Source: Anaerolineales bacterium (lineage in GTDB: Bacteria; Chloroflexota; Anaerolineae; Anaerolineales; UBA4823). From it: a stretch of 45,357 bases of DNA. Under the pieces are notes generated by a model. It was not told where the DNA came from and ran no database searches. It worked only from the letters and a program-made list of their open reading frames with translations. Position numbers and translations under genes: made by a program. Location of the stretch: the NCBI GenBank assembly GCA_041551115.1, contig JBFENN010000003.1:1-45357 (forward strand). Reading direction: 5' to 3'. This document shows, piece by piece, positions 9,104 through 18,760 of the stretch (positions within the stretch are counted from its first letter, which is position 1; each line of letters begins with the position of its first letter).

Positions 9104-10489
9104 TTGGATAGAAATATATTTTGGACTAGATCTCTCCGGGCCGCCAGAAAGGGGAAAGATGTTGTCCAAATCTTGGCGGCTGCCATAAACGCCGTCGATC
9201 CAAAAAAGGCTGTACAGCAGCATTTACGAAGATCCGGCAACAAACTGATCATTTCTGGAATTAATTCTCAGGAACTTTCGATTAACCTATCCGATTTCAA
9301 CTATATATTCATGGTGGCAGTTGGTAAAGCAAGTATCCCAATGGCGGGCGCGCTGGTCGGTATTCTTGCAGAAAAGCTGACGAGTGGGATCATCCTATCA
9401 AAAGATGGGCTACATAGCCATGAAGTCGACTTGCCTGCAAGCTTAAAGTTGTACCGGGCTGCTCACCCAATACCGGATGAACGAGGTGTACTGGCGACTC
9501 AGCAGATTACTGCCCTTTTAAAACAGGCTGGTGTTAACGACCTGGTATTCCTGTTGGTGTCTGGAGGAGCATCTGCCTTATTAACTTCACCAGCCGACGG
9601 TCTCACCCTCCTTGATTACCAACAGCTGACAGAAATCTTGTTGAACTCAGGGGCAAACATTAATGAATTGAATACGCTCCGCAAACATATTGATATTGTC
9701 AAGGGAGGTGGTCTTGCGCGGATTTCTCACCCTGCAAGATTGATTTCATTGATCTTGTCGGATGTGATCGGCGACCCAATAGACGTTATTGCTTCTGGTC
9801 CTACTACACCAGATCCAACAACTTTTTTTCAGTGCTCACAGATCATCGATAATTACGGCATTACTTCTAGAATACCGATAAGGATTTCAAGCCTCTTGTC
9901 CGCTGGGATTGTCGGGGAAGTCATAGAGACTCCAAAGCAAGGAGATGCGATATTCCACCGGGTAAATAATTTCATCATTGGCAACAACTGGATATCAGCT
10001 GAAGCCGCCTGTGAACAAGCCAAGCAAGCCGGCTTCAACAGCATGCTGCTAAGCACCCATCTGCAAGGTGAGGCAAGACAAGCAGGACAATTCATCGCAG
10101 CGATCGCCAAACAGATAGCTTCACTCAACCAACCGATCAGCCGCCCAGCATGCATCGTCATTGGGGGTGAAACAACAGTGACCGTCACCGGGAATGGTCT
10201 CGGTGGGCGCAATCAAGAACTTGCTCTAGCAGCAGTATGTCAGTGTGCAGGACTCAAGGACGTTGCGATAGTGACATTAGCTACTGATGGGGAAGATGGG
10301 CCAACCGATGCTGCCGGTGCTGTTGTAACTGGTGCATCATTGTCAGAAGCAGCTGAACTTGGATTGACAACAGCCGACTATTTGCGAGATAACGATTCAT
10401 ATCATTTCTTCAAAGCTTTGGGAGATCTGATCATCTCTGGACCGACAAATACAAATGTAAATGATCTATCATTCATATTTGCTTTCTAG
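9104..10489 (+). CDS. Glycerate 2-kinase (class II, TtuD/MOFRL family)
   Basis: 'AVGKAS', 'HPIPD', 'SGGASAL', 'SDVIGD', 'GGETTV', 'GGRNQE', 'TDGEDG', 'GPTNTNVND'. TTG start is uncertain. Confidence 0.92.
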   Translation: MDRNIFWTRSLRAARKGKDVVQILAAAINAVDPKKAVQQHLRRSGNKLIISGINSQELSINLSDFNYIFMVAVGKASIPMAGALVGILAEKLTSGIILSKDGLHSHEVDLPASLKLYRAAHPIPDERGVLATQQITALLKQAGVNDLVFLLVSGGASALLTSPADGLTLLDYQQLTEILLNSGANINELNTLRKHIDIVKGGGLARISHPARLISLILSDVIGDPIDVIASGPTTPDPTTFFQCSQIIDNYGITSRIPIRISSLLSAGIVGEVIETPKQGDAIFHRVNNFIIGNNWISAEAACEQAKQAGFNSMLLSTHLQGEARQAGQFIAAIAKQIASLNQPISRPACIVIGGETTVTVTGNGLGGRNQELALAAVCQCAGLKDVAIVTLATDGEDGPTDAAGAVVTGASLSEAAELGLTTADYLRDNDSYHFFKALGDLIISGPTNTNVNDLSFIFAF

Positions 10490-10626
10490 GATTTGAGCAG
10501 TTTGGTCAAGATCAGGGAAATTGTAGCGGTCCAATCAAATTACCCATCTAGATCCAAAATGTGTAGAGGCAATTAGAGATACAGTTGGAAGTATTATGGA
10601 ATTAAAGTGCAGATGATTTTAGACAT

Positions 10627-11568
10627 GTGATGAGCTATCAACCAGCATACACACGTTTACTAGATACCGACATCCTTGCAGAGCGCGCCGAGCAAGCACA
10701 CAATCATCTCAGCAATTGCGACTTGTGCGGCCATGAGTGTGGTGTCGACCGGTTGGCTGGCATTCGCGGTATTTGCCAGACCCTGGAACACGCACGGATT
10801 AGCAGCTATGGTCCTCATCATGGAGAGGAGGACCCTTTACGCGGCTGGCGTGGTTCGGGAACAATTTTTTTCACTCGCTGCAATCTGCACTGCCAGTTTT
10901 GTCAAAATCATGATATCAGCCAGACCGATCAGGGAAAGGAAATCAAAGCAGATGAACTGGCAGCGATCATGCTGACACTACAAAGTTATGGCTGCCATAA
11001 CATTAATCTCGTCTCTCCAAGCCATGTCGTTGTGCCTATTCTTCGGGCAGTTGGAATCGCTGCTCAAGCAGGCTTGCGAGTCCCAATTATTTACAATTCG
11101 GGTGGATATGATTCGATCGCTGCACTTAATCTTCTCGAAGGGGTTATTGATATCTATATGCCGGACATGAAATATGCCAATCCGCGCACAGGTCTTCACT
11201 ACTCGAAGATCCGCAATTATCCACAAATAAACCAGGCTGCGGTTAGAGAGATGCATCGACAGGTTGGGGACTTGAGGATCAATGATGAAGGACTCGCGAC
11301 TAGCGGATTATTAATTCGACATCTCGTCCTGCCGAATGGCTTGGCTGGCAGTGAACAAATAGTCAAATTCCTGGCTGAAGATATTTCACCAAACACGTAT
11401 GTCAACCTGATGGACCAGTACCGGCCCGCGTTTAAAGCCAACCAATACCCAAAACTGAAGCGGCGAATTACCCCTGCTGAATACCAACAAGTTGTCCAGC
11501 TAGCAAACGAGGCTGGATTACAACGTTTAGACAGCCGGCGCGCAGCCCACAAGAAGGTTGATTTTTGA
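10627..11568 (+). CDS. Radical SAM protein, PflX-like (uncharacterised Fe-S protein)
   Basis: CxxxCxxC 'CNLHCQFC', N-terminal 'CDLCGHEC', 'PHHGEE', 'IYMPDMKY', 'RHLVLP'. Confidence 0.88.
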   Translation: MMSYQPAYTRLLDTDILAERAEQAHNHLSNCDLCGHECGVDRLAGIRGICQTLEHARISSYGPHHGEEDPLRGWRGSGTIFFTRCNLHCQFCQNHDISQTDQGKEIKADELAAIMLTLQSYGCHNINLVSPSHVVVPILRAVGIAAQAGLRVPIIYNSGGYDSIAALNLLEGVIDIYMPDMKYANPRTGLHYSKIRNYPQINQAAVREMHRQVGDLRINDEGLATSGLLIRHLVLPNGLAGSEQIVKFLAEDISPNTYVNLMDQYRPAFKANQYPKLKRRITPAEYQQVVQLANEAGLQRLDSRRAAHKKVDF

Positions 11569-11618
11569 TATATCAGATTCGAATCCATCGACTAATCACT
11601 GTGATTTTCTATGAGCCC

Positions 11619-11646
11619 TTGACACTTTTTCAAGCGATGGTAAACT
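11619..11646 (+). promoter_or_regulatory. Promoter of the proS leader
   Basis: TTGACA (11619-11624), 16 bp, extended -10 TG-G-TAAACT (11641-11646). Confidence 0.7.
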
Positions 11647-11656
11647 TCTAGACGTA

Positions 11657-11719
11657 ATGTTGAGTAACAGTATGCATCTTCTAAGCCCGTGCCTGTTCCC
11701 ACCTAGCCGCATGCCATAA
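11657..11719 (+). CDS. Putative Pro-rich leader peptide of proS (MLSNSMHLLSPCLFPPSRMP*)
   Basis: Manual translation gives 20 codons with 4 Pro in the last 10 (CCG, CCA-CCT, CCA). It lies between the promoter and a terminator upstream of proS. Alternative ATG at 11672. Confidence 0.6.
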   Translation: MLSNSMHLLSPCLFPPSRMP

Positions 11720-11775
11720 TTGGCTTTCGGTATCTCAGGCACTGGTAGGGAAAGCAAACGCTCCCAGCTCGTGAA

Positions 11776-11812
11776 CGCCCTCTGGACTGAAAGCCAGAGG
11801 GCGATTTTCTTT
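11776..11812 (+). terminator. Intrinsic terminator (attenuator) in the proS 5' leader
   Basis: CGCCCTCTGG-ACTGAAAG-CCAGAGGGCG followed by ATTTTCTTT, about 100 nt before the proS ATG. Confidence 0.8.
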
Positions 11813-11910
11813 CAAGTATGTCCGATTATTAGCATTGATATATATCCAGTGAAGGTCCTCTATCTGTGTTAAGATAAACAGCCGCTAACATATCAACTAA
11901 GGAGGATATT

Positions 11911-13683
11911 ATGCGAATGTCACAACTCTTCGGCCAAACCCTGCGGGAAGCCCCAGCGGATGCTGAAATCCCCAGTCACAGATTACTAGTCCGAGCCGGC
12001 TTCATCCGTCAGCTTGCCGCCGGGATCTTTACCGTGATGCCGCTAGCCCACCGCTCAATTACAAAAATTGAGAACATCATGCGGGATGAGTTGAACGCTA
12101 TCGGTGGTCAGGAGATGACCATGCCGGTTGTCCATCCAGCAGAGATCTGGCAGGAAACCGAACGCTGGTACCAGATTGGATCCGAGATGGGGCGCTTTAA
12201 AGACAAGAATAACCGAGATATGGTACTCGCCATGACTCACGAAGAAGTTGTCGCTGATATAACACGCACAGAAGTCCAATCCTATCGACAGCTGCCGCGC
12301 CTCATCTATCATATTCAGACTAAGTGGCGTGATGACCCGCGCCCGCGCGCCGGACTGATCCGTGTTCGGGAGTTCACGATGAAAGACAGCTACAGCCTGG
12401 ATATGGACTGGGAAGGGCTGGATAAACAGTACCGCAACCACTACCAGGCATATTTCAACATCTTTCACCGCTGTGATATACCCGTGACAGCGGTTAGATC
12501 AGACGTCGGCATGATGGGTGGTAAGCTGGCCCACGAATACATGTACTTAACAGCTGTCGGAGAGGACACGTTACTGTTGTGCGATAACTGCGGCTATGGC
12601 GCCAACAGGCAAATAGCGCGCTTCCGGAAAAATGAAAACCCACCTGAAGATTTGAAACCAATAAAAAAGGTAGCTACACCTGATACGAAAACGATCGAAA
12701 GTTTAGCCAAACTGCTTAATGTTCCAGAATCAAGAACTGCCAAAGCCGTATTCATGATCGCTGACATTCCGGAAGGAACTGATACGATCGAACGGTTTGT
12801 ATTTGCTGTCATTCGTGGTGACATGGATGTGAATGAAACCAAACTAACGAATGCAATAAAAGCGAAAGCCATGCGACCAGCTACCGAAGAAGAGATTGCA
12901 TCGGTTGGCGCTGTTCCTGGATATGCATCCCCGGTTGGGTTGAAAGATGTTGTGGTCGTCATTGATGATGCGATCCCACAATCACCAAATTTAGTTGCTG
13001 GTGCCAATGAAACTGGCTATCACTTGATGAATGTTAATTATGAGCGCGATTACACAGCAGATATTATTACGGACATCGCTTCCGCTCAAGAAGGTGATGC
13101 TTGCCCGGACTGTGGATCGGATCTCCGAACGATCCGCGGGGTTGAGGTAGGCAATATTTTCAAACTTGGGACTCGGTATACTGAAGCCATGGGGAGCTAT
13201 TTCCTGGATAGGGATGGGCAGGAAAAGCCAATTATCATGGGATCATATGGGATCGGGAGCGGTCGTTTAATAGCATGTGTTGCAGAAGAGCACCATGATG
13301 ATTTGGGTCTGATTTGGCCGATAACCGTTGCGCCATACGAGATCCATTTGGTTGCCCTTTCTGGGCGCGGCACCAGCGAAACCCTTGAAGATGCTGAGAA
13401 ATTATACGCTGAACTGGAAGCCGCTGGATACGAAATTCTTTTCGATGATCGCGATGAGAGCCCGGGAGTAAAATTCAATGATGCCGATTTGTTGGGCATG
13501 CCCATTCGCTTGACGGTCAGCGACCGTGCACGATCGCAAGGTGGGGTGGAATATAAACGACGTGATAAACAGGAAAAAGAGATCATCCCTAGCGGAGATG
13601 TGGTCAAGCGCATCTCCGAGGAGATAAACCAAATGCATGCTGAGATTCAAGCTAAGGTAGTGTCGATACCATATGACGGGTGA
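11911..13683 (+). CDS. proS: Proline--tRNA ligase (bacterial type with insertion/editing domain)
   Basis: SD AAGGAGG, 'THEE', motif 2 'RPRAGLIRVREFTMKDSYS', 'GIEVG'-like 'GVEVGNIFKLG', 'MGSYGIG', anticodon domain 'PGVKFNDADLLGMP'. Confidence 0.98.
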   Translation: MRMSQLFGQTLREAPADAEIPSHRLLVRAGFIRQLAAGIFTVMPLAHRSITKIENIMRDELNAIGGQEMTMPVVHPAEIWQETERWYQIGSEMGRFKDKNNRDMVLAMTHEEVVADITRTEVQSYRQLPRLIYHIQTKWRDDPRPRAGLIRVREFTMKDSYSLDMDWEGLDKQYRNHYQAYFNIFHRCDIPVTAVRSDVGMMGGKLAHEYMYLTAVGEDTLLLCDNCGYGANRQIARFRKNENPPEDLKPIKKVATPDTKTIESLAKLLNVPESRTAKAVFMIADIPEGTDTIERFVFAVIRGDMDVNETKLTNAIKAKAMRPATEEEIASVGAVPGYASPVGLKDVVVVIDDAIPQSPNLVAGANETGYHLMNVNYERDYTADIITDIASAQEGDACPDCGSDLRTIRGVEVGNIFKLGTRYTEAMGSYFLDRDGQEKPIIMGSYGIGSGRLIACVAEEHHDDLGLIWPITVAPYEIHLVALSGRGTSETLEDAEKLYAELEAAGYEILFDDRDESPGVKFNDADLLGMPIRLTVSDRARSQGGVEYKRRDKQEKEIIPSGDVVKRISEEINQMHAEIQAKVVSIPYDG

Positions 13684-13698
13684 GACTATTTATCACTG

Positions 13699-13729
13699 CG
13701 GGACTCTAGTTTCAGAGTCCCGTTTTTTT
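13699..13729 (+). terminator. Intrinsic terminator after proS
   Basis: CGGGACTCT-AGTTTC-AGAGTCCCG followed by T7. Confidence 0.9.
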
Positions 13730-13750
13730 CGGTAGTAATTATCATTACTC

Positions 13751-14278
13751 TTATGATTTATCCAGCTCATCGTGCAGTGATGCATGGATTTCATCACTGT
13801 GATGTTCAAGTTCAGTGAGAAGCTCATCTGGAATATCAACCGTCATGATATCCGAACTAAACTCCCCAATTTGATCATGAACAACCTGCACTTTGGTATC
13901 ATCTACTACAACCAGCAGCGCAGAAGTAGATGGTTTCAATGCAGCAACCAACTGGTTTACCTGCTCGGCCGATATGCGGCTGTCACGCTGTTTCCGCCCG
14001 ATGATTCCTCCAATGAGTCCGCCCAAGGCACCTAACACCAAGGCTAAACCGCCTGTCAGCACACCTACCAACGCTCCCAAGGCTAATCCCCCTACAGCAC
14101 CCTTAGCGGGAGTCATTCCGACATCTTTATATATAACCCGACCTTGATCATCTTTTTGGACAACTACTGCGCCCTGGATGTGCCGCTTTTCTTCTGATTT
14201 CAACTTGCCAAGTGTTGCCTCGCCCGCATCTATTTCATCGAAGAAGGCGATCAATATCCGTATTTTTTCATCAGTCAT
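13751..14278 (-). CDS. DUF1269-like membrane protein with glycine-zipper segment
   Basis: 'AVVVQKDDQGRV', 'GAVGGLALGALVGVLTGG...GALGGLIGG', 'LKPSTSALLVVV'. Confidence 0.75.
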   Translation of the reverse strand: MTDEKIRILIAFFDEIDAGEATLGKLKSEEKRHIQGAVVVQKDDQGRVIYKDVGMTPAKGAVGGLALGALVGVLTGGLALVLGALGGLIGGIIGRKQRDSRISAEQVNQLVAALKPSTSALLVVVDDTKVQVVHDQIGEFSSDIMTVDIPDELLTELEHHSDEIHASLHDELDKS

Positions 14279-14359
14279 TAGCTTTTTCCTTGATTTTCAA
14301 CTTCTTAATGGTCTATACCTTTCAGCGTAGATTTAATACACTTTGTCTGTTAATGATTC

Positions 14360-14396
14360 AAAAATCGAGGCATAATTTGTTATTATATGCCTCGAT
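14360..14396 (-). terminator. Probable terminator of the beta-oxidation operon
   Basis: ATCGAGGCATA (14364-14374) / TATGCCTCGAT (14386-14396) stem, followed by a short T-run on the minus strand, just after the SCP2 stop. Confidence 0.65.
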
Positions 14397-14419
14397 GATA
14401 ATTAGGCTGGCATAATCTG

Positions 14420-14749
14420 TTAACCCATCTTGAAGAAAGTTGTCAGCTTCATAGCCAGGTTGAGGTCACCCGCAAGCTTAAGCTTGCCTTTCATAAAGTA
14501 CTGCATACCATTGACATTTCCAAGTAGAACATCCTTGAAATCTTGCGCGTCTGCAGTAAGCGTCATCTTCGGAGATTCAGAAACCCCTTCAGCGACTGTA
14601 CATTTCCCGTCTTTGATATTAACGATCCAATCACCCCCCTCATCACCGGTCAGGTGATATTGGATAATAGCCTCTACCCCTTCTGCTTCATCTGGTTTAA
14701 ATGCCTTTTCATGGTTCCGCACAAGCTGTGCAACTGTTATATCTGCCAT
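14420..14749 (-). CDS. SCP2 sterol/lipid-binding domain protein
   Basis: 'IQYHLTGDEGGDW', 'MKGKLKLAGDLNLAMKL'. ATG 14749 fits the AGGAGA SD better than TTG 14758. Confidence 0.88.
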   Translation of the reverse strand: MADITVAQLVRNHEKAFKPDEAEGVEAIIQYHLTGDEGGDWIVNIKDGKCTVAEGVSESPKMTLTADAQDFKDVLLGNVNGMQYFMKGKLKLAGDLNLAMKLTTFFKMG

Positions 14750-14854
14750 TTTTTCCAATCTCCTGTGATGAATTTATATGTGTTTATCAGCAAGTTATTT
14801 GCATAACTATCGATTTATTACGAAGCGATCTGTCATATTTCAGAATGCTGGTTA

Positions 14855-16057
14855 TCAGTTCAAGCTTTCGAATATACCCGCGGCACCCATCCCACCGCCA
14901 ATGCACATCGTTACTAGACCATACTTTATATCCCGCCGTTTCATTTCATAGATCATTTGTGTGGTCAGTTTAGCACCTGTACAACCTAATGGGTGACCCA
15001 AAGCTATAGCTCCACCATTCACATTGGTGATTTCCTCGTCCAATTCTAATTCACGCATCACAGCTATCCCTTGAGCGGCAAAAGCCTCGTTCAACTCCAC
15101 CAACCCAATTTCCTTCAATGATAAGCCAGCCAGGGCAAGGGCTTTCGGAACGGCAGCAATTGGTCCGATGCCCATCACCTCGGGTGGCACGCCGCCAACT
15201 GCATAGGAGACGAAACGAACCAGTGGCTGGTGGCCAATTTCCTCCGCCTTTGCACGCGACATAATGACCACACCCGCAGCACCATCCGACATCTGGGATG
15301 AATTGCCTGCGGTAACAGTTCCGCCATCTTTAAATACCGGTCGTAATTTCGCCAGAGCTTCAAGACTAGTATCGGCGCGTGGACCTTCATCTTGGGTGAA
15401 GATATACTTGCTTTCTTTGGGTTTACCGTTGTCACCGCTCGCCAGTGTGTTTACCTCGACCGGAACGATCTGTGGTGCGAAAAGATCTGATTCTAGGGCT
15501 GCGATCGCTTTCATATGGCTCCGATAAGCAAACGCATCTTGGTCACCTCGGCTGATACCGTATTGTTCAGCCACATTCTCAGCGGTCAACCCCATATTGG
15601 TGTATGCTTGCGGGGAATTTTCCGCTAAGTATGGGTTGGGTGAATATTTTAACCCCCCCGTCAGCGTTGGTACCATTGTCATCGATTCAGTTCCTCCTGC
15701 GACAGCGACATCGTAATAACCGGCCGAAATCATTGCTGCAGCGTGGGCGATGCTCTGGAGCCCAGATGAACAGAATCGGTTGATCGTTTCGGCTGGTACA
15801 GATACAGGCAAGCCAGCTCGAATCGCTACCATACGAGCTATATTCATACCTTGCTCACCCTCCGGGAACGCACACCCGAGGATGACATCATCGATATCTT
15901 CCGGCTTCAACTCAGGAACTCGTTTCAAGAGATCTTGGATAACCAATGCGGCTAGCTCATCTGGACGAGTGGTTTTCAAACTTCCCCGCATGGCTTTTCC
16001 AATTGCTGTCCTGGCAGCAGCTACAATTACTGGTTCTCGTGCTGGATCTACTTTCAT
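14855..16057 (-). CDS. fadA: Acetyl-CoA C-acyltransferase (3-ketoacyl-CoA thiolase)
   Basis: '[10 protein letters not shown]', 'NEAFAAQ', 'GHPLGCTG', 'MCIGGGMG'. Start set at ATG 16057 after SD AAGGGAG. Confidence 0.95.
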   Translation of the reverse strand: MKVDPAREPVIVAAARTAIGKAMRGSLKTTRPDELAALVIQDLLKRVPELKPEDIDDVILGCAFPEGEQGMNIARMVAIRAGLPVSVPAETINRFCSSGLQSIAHAAAMISAGYYDVAVAGGTESMTMVPTLTGGLKYSPNPYLAENSPQAYTNMGLTAENVAEQYGISRGDQDAFAYRSHMKAIAALESDLFAPQIVPVEVNTLASGDNGKPKESKYIFTQDEGPRADTSLEALAKLRPVFKDGGTVTAGNSSQMSDGAAGVVIMSRAKAEEIGHQPLVRFVSYAVGGVPPEVMGIGPIAAVPKALALAGLSLKEIGLVELNEAFAAQGIAVMRELELDEEITNVNGGAIALGHPLGCTGAKLTTQMIYEMKRRDIKYGLVTMCIGGGMGAAGIFESLN

Positions 16058-16242
16058 ATTACACTCCCTTTCTGAAGAGCTAGTCGATTCATACTTCACC
16101 AACCATCGATCTTGACTATTTGGATTGACGCTGTTTCAGCAGAATATATTGACAAATTTCTGCTGGATAGAGAAAAGACTTTTGGGTACTCAAACCGTTA
16201 CATTTTGCCCAGACGAAAAAATATCACGCCCGTATTATCACA

Positions 16243-18663
16243 TTAATTGCGTAGAGGCTTTCCCGTTTGCAGTGTATGCCACAGCCTTTCTTGGGTCTTC
16301 TCAGTACCGCAAAGTGACAAGAACGCTTCTCTCTCGAGATCTAGGATATACTGCTCTGATACCCAAGCAGGTTGGCTAAGCTCTCCGCCGGTAAGGACTG
16401 AACCCAACTTTTCAGCAATCAGCTTATCATGATCACTGATAAATTTCCCTTCCCGGAGCATGAATACGTTCACTCTCAGCGCGCCTAATGCATCACGACC
16501 GGCAGCGAATATCTTCTCCGGTAGGGGTGCTGCGTATCCAGCTGCTGCCATGTGCAGGACTTCGCGCTTCGCTTCACTTAGTAAATAATCTCGGTTCATA
16601 ACAATGCGGTCGGTGGGGCTTAGGAGTCCCATCTCACGCGCTTCAACAGCACTGGTAGCCACCTTAGCGAAACCGATTTGTTCGAAGGCTCGCCGGAGGT
16701 ACGGCAGACTGATAGGATTCGGTGTCCGCATGGCTGGATTGACAATTCGGCGCAGCATTTCCTTCGTTCCCCCCCAAGCTGGGATCACGCCAACCCCAAA
16801 TTCTACGAGACCAGTATACAGTTCAGCAGCAGCGACCACCCGACTGGCATGCATCGGCATCTCTGCACCGCCTCCCAGGGCTAAACCTGCCGGTGCAACA
16901 ACAACCGGCTTTGGGAAATAGCGCATTCGCATGTAAGTCTCCTGACCACGCTTAAGAGCGGTCTCTAATTGATCCCACATGCCATTTTGAGCTGCCATGA
17001 CCACCATAAAGAGATTTGCTCCCGCACTGAAGTTATCAGCTTCATTGCCGATAACCAAGCCATCAAATTCCCGCTCGGTGCGGTCAAGCCCTTCGATGAT
17101 CATCGCGATAATGTCATCGTCAAGGGCGTTCATCTTAGTGTGGAATTCAACACAAGCCACACCATCGCCAATATCGATCAGCGAGGCACCCGGATTTCTC
17201 TTTATCACTTTGCCAGCCGCTTTCTGTTGGTCGAGGATCACCATCCCGTGTGGCTTGGCAATTGGATCGTACTGCTTCCGTTCCGGGTTATAGACCGCAA
17301 CTTTTGTTGGGCCATCGCGCTCATAAAATCTATCAAACCCGGCCTCAAGCATCGTCTCAACCCAATCGGGTGCAGTAAAGCCTGCGGCTTGCATGGCATC
17401 CTTGGTCTCAGCTACTCCCAGCATATCCCAAATCTCAAAAGGACCAGCTTGATGCCCAAAACCCCACCGCATTGCATCATCCATCGGTTTGGGTGTGTCG
17501 GCAATTTCAGGGATTAAATGGGCCGCATAGAACAAGCTCTGATAGGTAAAAGTACGCACGAGTTCGCTGGCGCGGTCATCACCAGCCATGATGATCTTCA
17601 GCCGTTCTCCCAGGTCAGGTTCATCTTTCGCTTTCCCGATCGATTCAAAGCGCGGTTTGGTTGGTTCGACATGTTCCATTAACTTTAAATCTAAGGGCCA
17701 GAACTCTTTCTTCCCATCGACCTTCACTTGCTTGTAAAAACCCTGCTTGGTTTTATTCCCAAACCATCCGTTATCCACCATAGTGGTAACAAGTTTTTTC
17801 ACGCGTTCAGAACTCATATACTGCATTGCTAATTCGTCATGGCTGATAAGTGGGGCGAGGTTTTTTGACACATGCGCCCAGACATCCATGCCGATAAGAT
17901 CGAAGAGCCTGAAAGTGGCAGTCTTCGGATGCCCTATCGGTGGCCCCGTGATTGCATCCACTTCAGGAATCGTGTATTGATGCTCTAGGATAAAGTCCAT
18001 CTGGAACGCCACCCATCCGGCAAACAAGCGGTTACCGATGAAATTGGGTGTATCCTTTGCGGGAACGATACCCTTTCCTAGGCGGTATTCGCTAAATCTG
18101 CTGATAAATTCAACCACTTCAGGCAGCGTATCCGCAGTCGGAATAACTTCCAGGAGCTTAAGATAGCGGGGGGGATTGAAGAAGTGTGTCCCAAGGAAAT
18201 GCTCCCGAAACCCAATGGTTAATCCTTCTGTTATGGATGCGACTGGGATGCCGGAAGTGTTCGTCGAGACGATCGTGTATGGCGCCCGAATCGCATCGAT
18301 GCGAGCCATTAAGTCTCTTTTGATTTCCAGATTTTCTATGATCGCTTCTACAACCCAATCTGCATGCTCGATGGTATCAAAATTGTCTTCGAGGTTGCCA
18401 ATTGTCACCAGGGTGGCTAACTCCTTGCTGAAAAAGCTGGCAGGTTTTGATTTGACGGCAGCTTGGAGTCCCTCTCGAACGATCCGGTTGCGGACTTGGG
18501 GGTCAGCTAAGCTTAATCCGCCCTCCTGCTCGTTGGGGTTTAGCTCGTGAGGGACAATATCGAGCAGAGTCACCAGAATGCCCGCGTTTGCTAAATGAGC
18601 TGCAATCGCCGCCCCCATCGTTCCCGCCCCAATAACAACCGCTCTATGAATTTGGTACTTCAT
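16243..18663 (-). CDS. fadN: 3-hydroxyacyl-CoA dehydrogenase / enoyl-CoA hydratase fusion (Bacillus FadN-like domain order)
   Basis: N-terminal 'GAGTMG', 'STNTSG', 'HFFNPPRY', then C-terminal crotonase 'FSAGANL', 'LGGGAE', 'GLVEFGVG', ending 'GKPLRN'. Confidence 0.92.
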   Translation of the reverse strand: MKYQIHRAVVIGAGTMGAAIAAHLANAGILVTLLDIVPHELNPNEQEGGLSLADPQVRNRIVREGLQAAVKSKPASFFSKELATLVTIGNLEDNFDTIEHADWVVEAIIENLEIKRDLMARIDAIRAPYTIVSTNTSGIPVASITEGLTIGFREHFLGTHFFNPPRYLKLLEVIPTADTLPEVVEFISRFSEYRLGKGIVPAKDTPNFIGNRLFAGWVAFQMDFILEHQYTIPEVDAITGPPIGHPKTATFRLFDLIGMDVWAHVSKNLAPLISHDELAMQYMSSERVKKLVTTMVDNGWFGNKTKQGFYKQVKVDGKKEFWPLDLKLMEHVEPTKPRFESIGKAKDEPDLGERLKIIMAGDDRASELVRTFTYQSLFYAAHLIPEIADTPKPMDDAMRWGFGHQAGPFEIWDMLGVAETKDAMQAAGFTAPDWVETMLEAGFDRFYERDGPTKVAVYNPERKQYDPIAKPHGMVILDQQKAAGKVIKRNPGASLIDIGDGVACVEFHTKMNALDDDIIAMIIEGLDRTEREFDGLVIGNEADNFSAGANLFMVVMAAQNGMWDQLETALKRGQETYMRMRYFPKPVVVAPAGLALGGGAEMPMHASRVVAAAELYTGLVEFGVGVIPAWGGTKEMLRRIVNPAMRTPNPISLPYLRRAFEQIGFAKVATSAVEAREMGLLSPTDRIVMNRDYLLSEAKREVLHMAAAGYAAPLPEKIFAAGRDALGALRVNVFMLREGKFISDHDKLIAEKLGSVLTGGELSQPAWVSEQYILDLEREAFLSLCGTEKTQERLWHTLQTGKPLRN

Positions 18664-18760
18664 ATGACCTCCTAATACACGCTCAAATAACCATCTTTTT
18701 GATCAAACAATATGATTGCTGATGTAGATCTCTTTCAATCCAATATGCACCTCCGGAAGC

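Noticed and set aside
11650-11812. T-box riboswitch upstream of proS
   Set aside because: No recognisable T-box bulge (UGGNACC) before the terminator and no Stem I motifs. The leader-peptide model fits better. An Infernal scan is still needed.
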